Source of the DNA: Octopus vulgaris
Lineage: Eukaryota
Assembly: GCA_951406725.2 (NCBI GenBank)
Contig: OX597818.1
Span: forward strand, 25,606,001 to 25,670,000
DNA: 64,000 nt
Direction: 5' to 3'
In this document: positions 51,798-64,000 of the stretch, in pieces
Layout: the number at the start of each line of letters is the position of its first letter
How positions within the stretch are numbered: the stretch's first letter is position 1
Made by a program: the position numbers and the translations under genes
Notes under the pieces: generated by a model
The model's input: only the letters and a program-made list of their open reading frames with translations
Told to the model about the DNA's origin: nothing
Databases searched by the model: none

Positions 51798-52017
51798 CCC
51801 TTTAGTGTTCAGATTACTCTGTTAAATGTAGTACTTTTTCACTCAAATTGTTTTGAATTAATCATGCATTATCTTATAGCTTTGAGGTTTCAATGATGTA
51901 ATTGTTTATTTTTAGAATGTCAATGAAGGTTAGGTGTGAGAGGCTAGATATTGCCAGTTTGAATATAAAACATGTAGAATATCTGGGTCAGGTATGGCCA
52001 GTTTAAACACTAAAGGG
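51798..52017. mobile_element. piggyBac-type MITE (220 bp)
   Basis: TTAA-CCCTTTAGTGTT...AACACTAAAGGG-TTAA. Confidence 0.9.
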
Positions 52018-52989
52018 TTAATATAAAGATAGTTAAAGAAACTAATGTAGTTATTAAAAATCTATATCACAGAAGGTAGGTTACTACAGCTATACTGTTT
52101 TACAAAATGTAGACAAGTTACATCTCATTAAATATAAGAACTATGGTGACATCACAATATAAAAGATGCTGTTGCATCTTTGTGCATAGAAATGCCTTTT
52201 CCATACCCGATGTCAAGTCCTACTTAGAATAGAAATATCTTTCACTCAACAATCAAAATTTAGAACGATCTTCCAGAAGCTGCAATTTGAATCATCTCCA
52301 TCAATGGTATCTAATTTTTCAGAAGTTACACATAAGTTAAAGAGAATCATAGAGGGTTTCTCTTTGTAACCTAAATATCTAACGAGGCTATTGTTTAGAA
52401 AGTCATATATTATGCAAAAAAAAAAACAGGAAAAAAAAAAGGGAAAAAACCCCATATAGTTTGTATGGTTGAAATAAATGATGAACAAAATGTAGATTTT
52501 AATAAGCATTACAAGATCAGTTCAATTGAGATTCAGGCAAAAATTAATGACTAAAGAACGTAAGCAAATCTCTTGGAAATTGGCAGTATATTTAGTAAAA
52601 TTTAATAGAGAAATATTTTCTGATGATTCTTTTTTCAAACATATTGCAAAATGGTTTGAGATTAAAAGAAAATATGAATATGACAAATATGAAATTGTTA
52701 CATAGTTGAATTTTCCTTTCATGGCACTAAGCAAATACATCGGTTACATGACTGCTCCTCAAAAAAAAAAAGTTAAAGCTGGAATGGATGAAACAACTAT
52801 ATTAAAGGCAAAAGCAATAACTATACAAAATGTATGATAAATATAAATATTGTTTTAATATGCATGATTTATGTATTCTTGATTTTAACCTGAATTTGTA
52901 ATAACAATGTAAACTTCTTTTGATTAAGGTATCTTTTACATGTTGTTGCAAAAGTGCTTTTATGTGGCCCTGCATGGGTGCTTTAAACC

Positions 52990-53700
52990 ACCAGAAGGAT
53001 CGGTTTTAACACTTCTGCTGTGAAGTACTGGTCTTCTTGATTTCAGCAAGGTGCCAGGCATCTCAGTCCTTTCCCATTTTGCTTGAAATGATCAGCTTCC
53101 TGAGATTGTTCTTTAGGACTTCCTCCCATGTCTTCCTGAGTCTCCCACTTTCATGTGTTCCATATACTTTGAGAAATCAGCACTTTTTTATGGAGCTGTT
53201 GGCATCCATTCACATCACATGACCAAACCAGTACAGTTTTCTCTCTTGCGCACAGCAACCAATTACTCTTATGCCTAATTGCTCTCTCAGAACACTGGCA
53301 CTCTGTCAAACATGTACACTTACATTACACATCCAGCAGAGTATACTAGCCCCATTCCTTTGCATGTCCTCTGCATTCAGAGCCCACTTCTCACTATCAT
53401 GTAGAATTGCTGTCCATATACATGCATCATACAGTGTTCCTTTCACTTAGAGAGAGAAACCTATTGAGACCAACAGAGGTAAAAGCTTTCTGAATTTCCT
53501 TCATCCTATTCTTATTCTAGCTATCACACTCTCCATGCATCATCACCCCATACTAATTTGGTTCCCTAGGGAGCAGAACTTATCTACTACCTTTAATGAG
53601 CCACCATGGCATTTGAGAGAATTTCTTGAGTTTCTAAAATTTTTATGGATCCTGTGCATCTTCCATATGCTAAAACTATCTTCACTGATAATCTACATGT
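52990..53700 (-). mobile_element. RTE LINE 3' fragment
   Basis: Reverse-complement GRLRKTWEEVLKNNL, WFGHVM and LYDAC motifs. Confidence 0.82.
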
Positions 53701-56077
53701 ATTTGTGTGTGTGTGTGTGCATTCCAGAGTAAGCACATAAATGTGAAACAAGGTGGGAAAAATAGTACTTGACTACTGGAGAGAGAGTGATATGCTTTAT
53801 TATTAAAGATGCAAAAACATCACAAAAATATCACAAAAACTGCCTATTAAATGATATTTATCTCTCACCAGATTGTTGTGATTAATAAAAATTCTTGTGT
53901 ATGACACATGACAGGTATACATAATACTGAAATATGCATAAAATAAACACATGAAGACAAATATATTGATATAACAAATTAAGAAAAATAATAAAAACAA
54001 TAATCAATGAAGAGACAAAGAAGCAATAAGATGATATATGTTGATTTTATTAGGTATTTCTGTTTATTTAGAAACCTACAATGAACAGGTCATGTCACAG
54101 AGGCTAAACTATAAATTTCACAGTGTACAACCTTAAAGTTGACACCACTCCACTAAACGCAGAAAATTTCTGTCTCACTATTGACTAAAAATACAGTTTT
54201 TCCAATTTTAAAACCTCTGTAACTTTTTCCTCCAATTTTTTTCCCTACAACATCATACCTTCAAAGCAATGAGACTAGAAGATTACATTATTATAACCAA
54301 TTTTCAGATTTTTTCTTCTTTTTAAAAAATTCATATTTTGTGAATGAAAAAAGATCTGGAATGGGAAATACAAAAAAATATCATGAGAACAAGGATAAAA
54401 TTATTTATTCTAGAAAAAGAAGTAAGGCATGCATACATAGACCCTTCATCCCTGATATAAATATATATGTACACATACACACAAATGTTTTCATAGAAAC
54501 AAGTAGAAAATGTGCAATAAAACAAACACTAAATAAAATAGGATATGATTAAAGGAAATAAACTATGAAAGATTACTAGTTAGGTTGAGGTTTGGTACTC
54601 CACAACCCTTTTTACTTAACTGTTTTTTAAATTGTGAGCGAGCATAATCAAAAGAACCAGTAAGCATCATTTAGGATATTTGGTGTTAGAAAACACCAGC
54701 ATCTTGAGAATAACTTTTTAAGCTTGTTGTAATCTCATAGTTTTAATTTTAATAACATTCTATCTTTTACATGTTGTTGTATTCTGAACTGAACTGCTTT
54801 TATGTCATAACTTCTTTGAGAATTATGAATCTCAGTTTATCTTCTCTTAATTTTATTTGCTATTTTCTTGAGAAGTTTCATTGTCATTTGGAAGAGATTG
54901 TTTCACCTTACCTGTTTTTGTTGTTTTATGCTGGGTCTCATTTTAACGTTTTTCCTTTAATATATTCACTGACAGTTTGTAAATTTTCATCTGTGATTAT
55001 TATTTCTTCTTCATTGAACAATGAAGGCATTGTACTACAAGCTGACAACATTAGGGGATGAGGTTATTGTTCACCTCTTTCTGATATTGATACTGAGTAA
55101 GGTATTTCACTTACCATCCCCAGAATTTCGGTTGAGCTGCTCTGAAAACTGGGGTCTATTGTTCTTTTTGATGCTACTGTTATTTTCATTACTTATGCTT
55201 AATTTTTCTTTTTTGCCTAATCTGCCAAGATCATTTAAGTATTCAGCTCTGGAGTGACTTTTACTCTGACAAATGTAGCAACTAGGCTTTCTACCTAGCA
55301 TCATTAATTGCATGTCCTTTAACAAATTAACTTCTACTGGAACAGTTCTAGTATGGCTCTGTGACCTTTGGATATCATTAGGACTTGCAACTTTGCTTTA
55401 ACACCTTCTGATTACAGGTCAATTTTATTAACCTAGCCTTGACCATACTGCGATACCATACATCCATACTGCGATACAAAAATCAAAACTACCAACAAAT
55501 CATTTCTGATGTCTCTCTTATATGTAGGTGTATGCTAAGAGCTGGCCCATTTACTTGAAAGATACTTGCCACTTTCATCCACCGTTTAACAAATTTGCAG
55601 GGAGGCAATACTTCTGTCTCCACCCAAATTTTCTTTTTTTACCATAACTTTCTTTGTCAAAGCCACCAGGTTGATTAAGACTGCTTGCCCTTCCCAACCG
55701 AAGGAAGGTGACTGGATTGTCCTGAATTGTCAATGCCCCCCAGTAGCATGTCCAAACAAACCAGGGATTTGTGGAATTTATCTATGAGTGTTAGTGTGAA
55801 AGTCCTTCAGAACACACCAGTCAGTTGATTTTCATTGATGCCCAGCGTTTCCCTGAGAATATTGTGGCTTTTCCTGTCATTAATCCTCTATAGAATGCCA
55901 ACATGGAACTTCACTTACTTCATTGCTCAACTGGTAGAGAGCTACAAGCACTTGATGACATTCTGGACACTAAATGCTAACAAAGAGATTCTATCTTAAG
56001 ATATTGTTTAAGTATCCTATTTTAATTATGTTTATTATAATTTAATATAATATTGAAAGGAAAACTATTTTGATATA

Positions 56078-57395
56078 TGAGGGGATGCCCAATGGAAACT
56101 GTAATTTTGCAATATTATTTTATTCACTTAGTTTTACATGCTTTTACTTTTATTGCCTTCAAAGTATTCACCATTTGAAGCAATGCATCAGTTCAGACAC
56201 ATTTTCCACAGTTCAGAGCAGTCCGGGAACTCTTGTGAAGTGATGCCCATTAATGCCTCTGTTGTTTTTTTTTCTTCAACTCTCCTACATCTGCAAGGCA
56301 TTTTCCTTTCAAGACTTTTTCATTCAGGGTGACAAAAAAAAAAAAGTCGCAGGGAAAAAGCTTGGGTGAATAGGGAGGGTGGGTAAGCAGGGTCATACCA
56401 TTTTTGGTCAAAAACTGTCTCATACTCAAGGTGGTGTGTGCAGGTACATTGATGTGATGAAACCACCACTCTCCACTTTGCCACAGGGCAGAGCGTTTTC
56501 ATCTCACCACATCTCACAAACACTTCAGAACTTCCAAGTAAAATGTCTGGTTAAGAGATTGACCAGAAGGAACAAATTCTGTGTGGACAATTCTTTTCAC
56601 ATCGATGAAACAAATCAGCATCATCTTGACATTGGACTTCGCTTGACAGACTTTTTTGGGAAGTGGTAATATTGAATGGTTCCATTGACTTGATTGCTGC
56701 TTTGTTTCTAGGTCGTAGCCATAGCATCACCATTTATCACCAGTGATGACCTCTGGAAAAAGGTCCAGACAAACTCCCAACTGTTCTTTTAGTTCATGAC
56801 ACATTCAATCATGACTGATTTTGATCTTCCATGAGTAAGCAAAGCACAAATTTTGCTGCAACTCTTTTCATTCCCAATTCCTCACTCAAAATTTGTTGGC
56901 AGGAGCTCCAGGACACACCATCATGTCAACAGGTTTGTCAGTTGTTTGATGATGGTCCTACAAGATCAGTTTATGAATTTTCATGATGTTTTCATTTGTT
57001 AAGGAGGTTGACAGTTGTCCTATTAGATTGGTCTTCAAGTAACAAGTGACCATTCCTAAAGTGTGAAAACCACTTGTAAACTTGTGTTTTGTTCATGGCA
57101 GTGTCCTTGTAAGCTGTTTGAAGCATGGAAATTACTTCAGCCACTATTTTCCCCAGCAGAAAACAGAATATCACGAAAGCATGCTGTTCCTTCACTTTAG
57201 CCATCGTAAACATCAATGAACAGGAGAGAAGCACTGCTAAACAATGACATACCACATGGCAGCACAACTCCAGTAGATACTACTGGTCAGCAGAGTATCA
57301 AGAGTCGCATCAAGTGGCTTCTAATGGCAGAAGTCTGAACTACAATGGGCTTGTCCCACAGGGAATGTTTCCATTTACTTTTGGGTAGCCCCTCC
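56078..57395 (-). mobile_element. Decayed full-length mariner
   Basis: TA-flanked TIRs tgaggggatgcccaatggaaa / tttacttttgggtagcccctcc. EQHAFVIFCFLLGK...KTQVYKWFSHFRNG and HPPYSP-like motifs. Confidence 0.88.
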
Positions 57396-57908
57396 TATTA
57401 TTAAAAATACTAAGGCATTGAGTTGATAGAATTGTTACATGCTGGAAAAATGCTCAGGGACATTTCTTCCAACTTTATGTTCTAATTTCATGTGCTACTG
57501 GGGTTGACTTTGCCTTTCATTCATAAAATAAATACCAGTTGAATACCGATGGCTGATGTAATTGACTTAATCCTCCCCCAAAACTGCTGGCCTTGTGCCA
57601 AAATTTTGGATCAGTATACTATTAAAAAATACTTATATATCTTAATATAGTATTAAAAGAAAAGAAACAAGCAAAATAAATAATAACAGATAAATAATGA
57701 TTACTTTTAATTTACTTTATTTTTAAAAATGTATTTTCACTTTACTGAAAATCTTGAAGAGTCCTAAACTACCACAGCTCCATCCCACTTGCTCAGTATC
57801 AGTTTCTGCATTTTTCCTCATCTATTTTGTTAGCTCTCATATTAGCTAATATTTTTTTGCTGTCCCCTGCATCTTTTCTGACGGCTAGAAAAGTGAAATA
57901 TGTGCAAG

Positions 57909-58010
57909 TACACACACACACATGCACACACACACATGCACACACACACATGCACACACACACACATGCACACACACACATGCACACACACACATGCACA
58001 CACACACATG
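57909..58010. repeat. Compound microsatellite (CACACACATGCA)n
   Basis: Directly visible. Confidence 0.95.
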
Positions 58011-59029
58011 CGTGTTCTCTGCCCCCAAATTGCATACTTCCTCTTTTCTTAGTTTGTGATTATAAAAGTTGATTTATTTTAATATCATTTGTATCACAGA
58101 ATTCCAGCAGCCCTATAGTCTGCTTGTCACTCATATTGACTTCACTTTGAACTCATAAAAATTTTCAACTTCTTTGATTTTGAAAACAATATGCTGACCA
58201 TATCATTTGCCAACTTTCCACATCATCTCTATTGTAATTATTTTACAAATTGCAAGGAGAAACGTTTTGATCATTGCTTCTTTGAAATACCCTTTGTAAG
58301 GGGTTTTTAGCACTGATAATCCATCATAGTTTTCCCTGTTCATCTCATGTTGACAAAGCATAAATGGATCAATGGTGTTTCTCTATTAATGATTTTTCTC
58401 TATTTACACCTTCCTCAGCCCACAATACAAATATTGCCTTGTCACTGTTAAATACGTGTTTCTGAGGGAATTTCTACATCATTACTAAATCTGCTAGAAA
58501 TAGCATCTAAATTTCCCTCAAATCACACCCTCCTGTTTAAAAAAAAGGACCCATTGGCCAATATAGCCTTAGAAAAACAAAGAGATGGGATGGTCATGCA
58601 TGGAACACCTTTGATCATAAATCTGTTCAAATGAGACTGACCTCAAGCTAAACAGTAATAACAACAGAAATGCCCTTCTCCCATATTATATCTCACTATC
58701 ATTTGTTATCCCAGCTTTACTTTCCTCCAAAATGTCAGTCCAGCAAATCTAATACATTTTTTACTAACATTTATATCCCTGACTACAAATATATATCTCA
58801 TAATATAATGCGTAATATTACCCTGTCAATCTTGTTTATAATTCATCATTGATCATTCATCTATCTATCATTGATCATTCTTATCCACCCTCCACTCACT
58901 CACTCTTCGGTTCATTGTATTGTTCTGCCAATATTGGTAGTATCTGGTATTCCCTATCATCACCCTTTCTGTACTACCTGTCTTCACTATCTGTTTCATG
59001 ATCTCCTTGTAATCAACACCCATCACTTA

Positions 59030-59247
59030 CTCTTTTACTTGTTTCAGTCATTTGACTGTGGCCATGCTGGAGCACTGCTTTCAGTCGAGCAAATGGACCC
59101 CAGGACTTATTCTTTGTAATCCTAGTACTTATTGTATCGGTCTCTTTTCCCAAACTGCTAAGTTACGGGGACGTAAACACACCAGCATCGGTTGTCAAGC
59201 GATGTTGGGGGGACAAACACAGACACACAAACACATGCACACACACA

Positions 59248-59325
<78 letters not shown>

Positions 59326-59488
59326 TACATATATATGATGGGCTTCTTTCAGTTTCCATCTACCAAATCCACTCACAAGGCTTTGGTCGGCCTGAGGCTA
59401 TAGTAAAAGACACTTGCCCAAGGTGCCATGCAGTGGGACTGAACCCGGAACCATGTGGTTAGTAAGCAAGCTACTTACCACATGGCCA
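59030..59488 (-). mobile_element. Full-length SINE family B with an internal (CA)n(TA)n microsatellite
   Basis: Reverse-complement head gtggccatgtggtaagtagcttgcttactaaccacatggttccgggttcagtccc. Confidence 0.85.
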
Positions 59489-62400
59489 CTATTCTCCATC
59501 ACTCTCTCTCCTCACCTCTACCACTCTTCTATCCCAATTAGTTTATTTCTACCATCTCATTCATGCTACTTCCACTCACTCACTCATCTGGGTTCTTCTG
59601 ACATTGCTCTCTCTTCTACCAATTCTCTCAGAGTGCCTTGAGTGAAAAGAAAAAAGAAAAAAAACACATCACAGAATAGTGAGGACTGTTTAGTTTTAGA
59701 GGATACAAAGCAACCTCACTCGTGCTGGTACTGTAATAAAATGTACCCAGTATACTTTGTGGTTGGTAAATGAGCAGAGATATGAAATTATGATGTAAAG
59801 TTTTAACCATTATCACTTTAAAACTTTAAAGTTTGTATTAAAGAACCTGGAGCTGTCTCAGGTGGGTTGTTATCAAAAGTGGGGGTCAGAAGTCTCCAGT
59901 CAGAATGATCCCTCAGTGTGTTGCTGAAGCCTTCTCTCTCTCTTTCTCTCCATCCCTCCTTCCACCTCTCTCTCACCTCTATCTGTCTGTCTGTCTCTCC
60001 CCCTTCCCACTCTCTCACTGAATCCATTAGTCTTGGGACAAGCCAAGTTTGATATACCTCACATATTTTTCTTCTGTCCATGAACAACCTACTCATACTT
60101 ACCTCTACTCATGTACAGAGTCCTACAAAGATGATACTACCATTCACTCCTCCTTAATCTTCTGATTGCAGATATTCCATCAAATATGCATTGATTCTAT
60201 GAACAGAAACCTAAAAATAATTTGTGATGACATAGTCATGATACTTAATAAAAATACAAACTTGCAATACTATATTCTCCATACTCATGAATAACATAGA
60301 ACTAACACTTTCACAATCTTGACAAATGTCTTAGTGGTTATAGTGTTAGACTCATGATCATTAGGTAATGGGTTCAATTTTCAGATTGGGATGCACATTG
60401 TGTTTTTAACCAAGGCAGATAATTTTACATTATTCCTGTTTATTCAGCTGAAAATGAGTGCCCGTGGAAGCTGATAGTGGAGGATGTGAACCTTGTGACT
60501 GGCAGACATCCCATTCAATACAGAGTCTTGTACTGTTAATTGTTACCACTTTTGATTATCAACCCACATGAAACTGTCCCTGGATCTATAATACAAACAC
60601 CCTGTTTTAAAATGGTTTTAATTAAAACCTTCCATCAAAATTTTATCTTAATTTATATTCAAAACAGCAGCCTTTTATGACAAAGTGGTTTCAATAAATT
60701 CTTTGTTATTTTCAAAATTAATTGAAACAAAGTGCATTTCAACAGAAATATGGTAACAAAAGGATTATATGTCATGGAAGCAAGGATAAGCTCTGGCTTA
60801 ACAGGCCTATAGGCTTAATAAGACAAACTAACATCTTTTAACTAACTTAGACTTAGTTGGAAGAAAGAAAATGTGAGAAACTAATCAATCTTAACACATT
60901 GTAAGATATATTTTTCAAACTGAATGATATTTGCAAGTGACAGTGTTGTAGCTGTTCAAGAAAAATACTTGTCTTACTTGTTCTTACATGGTCCAATGAA
61001 ATTGACTTCATGTTCTTTTGAAAATATTAAATTATAGCTGACAAGTATACAATAAACTAGCTATTGTTTTGAAGTGTGGCTTGTATAACTACCACATTCT
61101 ACTGGAATAGAAGATTTGCAGTTGATTAATATATTTAGATTTGTTTCTGATTCACCTTTGCACTCTTGAAAATTGAAAAATTAATGACACTCAATACAAT
61201 TTGCTTATTTCCCTGTAGAATATTCATTGAGATGATTTACAGAAAATAGAAATATACCCTTTGTATAATCAATGCAGTCATATTAATTTGCAATCATTAT
61301 TACTTGCTTACCACCTTTTTAGCTGTCTAATTTAGAAGCCTACCAAATAAAAGTAATAGCTTATATTTTTAGAAGTGGCTTTCTGTTCCAAATTCTTTTA
61401 TAGGCATTAGTTAAACTGAAGCTTATTTTTATTCATTCATCAGAAGTGTTGGATCAATGAAATATGAATCTGTAATGCAGCAGTTGGTGAGCTACTGATT
61501 TATTAGTGAACCAAATATTACAGGTACTAATTAAGAATATTTGCTTGAGAAAATATACCAAGTTTAAACATTTTGCTTCTTTGTTGAAGATTTTAATTAT
61601 ATTAATGTTTATAATTAGGATTTTTCTCAGTCAATTGGATAAAGGATTAGACTTCTAGCTTGTTGGATATAAGCTGATAATTCTATGGCTAGTATGTTGA
61701 GCAGGATACTTAACTTGTATGAAACATGTAGTTAAATACAGAAAACTGAATCTCTCTTTCTTATTACTGCTCTATACTCAGCCAATACTTTGCTCAGAAA
61801 TATATGTATATTGAGTTCTACACTGGGTTTTTGGCCTTACAATGCCTAAGTGAAATATTAAGAAGTAATTATTTAGATTTACATAAGCACTCAATAGACT
61901 CTTTTCTCTATAAATTTCATTCCTGAGAAAGAAAGTATCTCTGACAGACATTTAAAAATCTTTGTAAGTTGATGCCAACCACAGTGTTATGGTCTGAAAT
62001 GTAAAATTGCTTTTGAGGTCACTGCTTCCTAGCTCATTAAACTTTTCCTTAAGACTTTTAATCCTTCTCTGGTAAAAAAAAAAAAAAAAAAAAAAAGAAC
62101 AAAAGCAAAAAACACTGAACATTACACTTAAGAAATAAGATATAAAAGTTTAACTTATCCCGCAATTCACTCCAAGTCAAACTGAGACCAGAAGTATGTT
62201 ACAAAATAAATAGACAAGCTGTGTCATTTTACAGAAGGGGAAACATCTGAGCGATGACAGAATTCAAACCCACTGCAAGGCATTCTATTGTAATTATACA
62301 TAGAATATTGTATTTTACATTTCCCTAGTTCCTGTAGTTGCTGCAAATAGATTAGATTTTCTAAGAAAGGTCACTCACTGGTAAATACCTCAGATCATAA

Positions 62401-62749
62401 AAGGTCAAGCAATTGAAAACTGTTTACTGCACATATCTGTAGAATAAATGAATTTTCATCTATTTTTTTTTTATTTCTATCTCATACTATATATATTCTT
62501 ATATTCTTTGTCACTCACTAGTTGCATGAATTTCTTCCACTATATGTGTCAATTTCTGGTGGGAAGTTAGCTCATGTGCAACATGGCCTGGAACTACTTT
62601 GCTCAGTTTTGCTTATCTAAAATAAACTGTTATGTACTAAATATGATCTTGATCTAACATTCTCAGCCTCTCCTTCTTTGTCCCTCAGCAAACCTATGTC
62701 AATTCTATCTTCTTTGGCCTCAATATATGGAATACTCTTTCTTTAGCTA

Positions 62750-63297
62750 TGTGGGTTGGCTGAAAAGTTCTTATGTTAACTAAGATACTCTCACAAAATG
62801 CAACAAAATGAGATTTATTTTTCAACATAGTCCCCCTTGCATTGGCTATTTTAATTATAATTAATCACCTGTCATCCATCACTATGTGGTGAACATGATC
62901 AATGCTTTCCTTGGTGGTGGCAGTTGCAGGACATCAAAATCTTGGGTCATCTTCAAGACTCCTCCTTCCCTTCATAAATTCAGTTGCTCACTTCTGCACG
63001 GTTGAAAAAGCTGGAGCATCATACCCTAATTTAGCAACCATGTCAGAATGAATATCCTTGGGGGCTAAATCCATTTTCCCCCAAGTACTTGATAACACTA
63101 TGATGTCCAATTTTGCCCATTTTCAAGAGCTGTCGCAACTAGTTACTTTTGAATTATTCTTTGAACAGTCAGATGTCAGTTTACTTGGAAAGAAACAATG
63201 CAATCATTAAGTAGAGTTGAAATTAATGCATGCAAGATTTCACATCTCTAGCATAATTTCTTCATAGACAGCCTATGAACTTTTCAACCCACCCTTG
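62750..63297 (-). mobile_element. Internally deleted mariner derivative (548 bp)
   Basis: TA-tgtgggttggctgaaaagttc...gaacttttcaacccacccttg-TA. Residual MGKIGHHSVIKYL transposase start on -. Confidence 0.8.
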
Positions 63298-64000
63298 TAT
63301 TTGGAAGTCTCAATATCAACTTTTTGAATAAATTAAAATCATTTCTATATATTGATGCCAAACACTATTTTTTTTACCTAATTTAATGACTTTTATTTTT
63401 AACATTGGTAGAATAACATAAATTTATTATCTACAGGTATCGTTGATTAAAATGACGCTTGTACATATATCATGGTCAATGAATCAGATATAATGAATCA
63501 GATGGTTCAATTGTATAATTGCCTTATACACCAATCATAAATTAATGTTATAGAATAAAAGGTAAACTATCAGTGAGCATAAGATTGTGAATCATTTTTT
63601 ATTTATGGGTGAAACAATATTTGCTTCACTTACCTAATTCTAAAGAAAGGCACAAACATCAAAAATACTATTTCAAATTTTCTAAAAATTTTAGGATTTA
63701 TACTAATCATGGAGATCAACAAGGAAACTACCCAAGGTACCCTTCTGGTGACCACATCATATAAAGATATGTCTTGAAGTACTGCTACTGTTAAAAAGAA
63801 TGCCTTTCAAATGAAACCTCTTCTATAGAATATGGTAAAAATGTCAAATTAAATTCCTAACAAAAATATTTCAGCGAAACATTTTTATTGATTGTATAAA
63901 GAATTGATCAAAAATGACAACTGATCAAATAATCTGGTTATGGGATTGACCATTGGAAGTCCTACATGGAAACTTCTAGGGGCTCACTCAGTTTCCTCAA

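Noticed and set aside
52380-52840. Possible exon or transposase fragment
   Set aside because: Weak coding look with stops and no assignable motif or splice pattern.
57799-59462. His/Thr- and Cys/Val-rich ORFs
   Set aside because: Translations of (CA)n and (TA)n microsatellites.
60100-62700. Genes in the final AT-rich stretch
   Set aside because: No ORFs of 60 aa or more and no convincing exons; only eroded SINE and MITE traces (~60330, ~60600-60765).

Overview
AT-rich, repeat-saturated animal DNA. The SINE and RTE-LINE families and the (TA)n/(CA)n microsatellites look cephalopod, probably Octopus (inference). Host genes: (1) a complete six-exon MRPS7 on + (26112-38670, 232 aa, all GT-AG introns); (2) the first coding exon of an unidentified signal-peptide, Cys-rich protein on - (15083-14726), head-to-head with MRPS7. 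The rest is mostly mobile DNA: a decayed Ty3/Gypsy element with PPT and 3' LTR, a small Helitron with a PIF1 fragment, many RTE-type LINE copies, one mariner with an uninterrupted DD34D ORF plus three decayed ones, Chapaev-like, hAT/Buster and Sola-like relics, MITEs, tRNA-derived SINEs and Penelope-like elements (PLEs). The most interesting signal is a ~480-bp palindrome at 12552-13062. Each arm carries a tRNA-like Pol III head, an (AAT)n tract and a hammerhead ribozyme core. The same tRNA-like head lies just downstream of the GIY-YIG ORF of a coding PLE at 27.5 kb, linking the two. Other leads are a possible secreted CC-C-C peptide inside a DNA transposon and a PHD finger embedded in the RTE ORF2. 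All calls were made by eye; no searches or folding were run.
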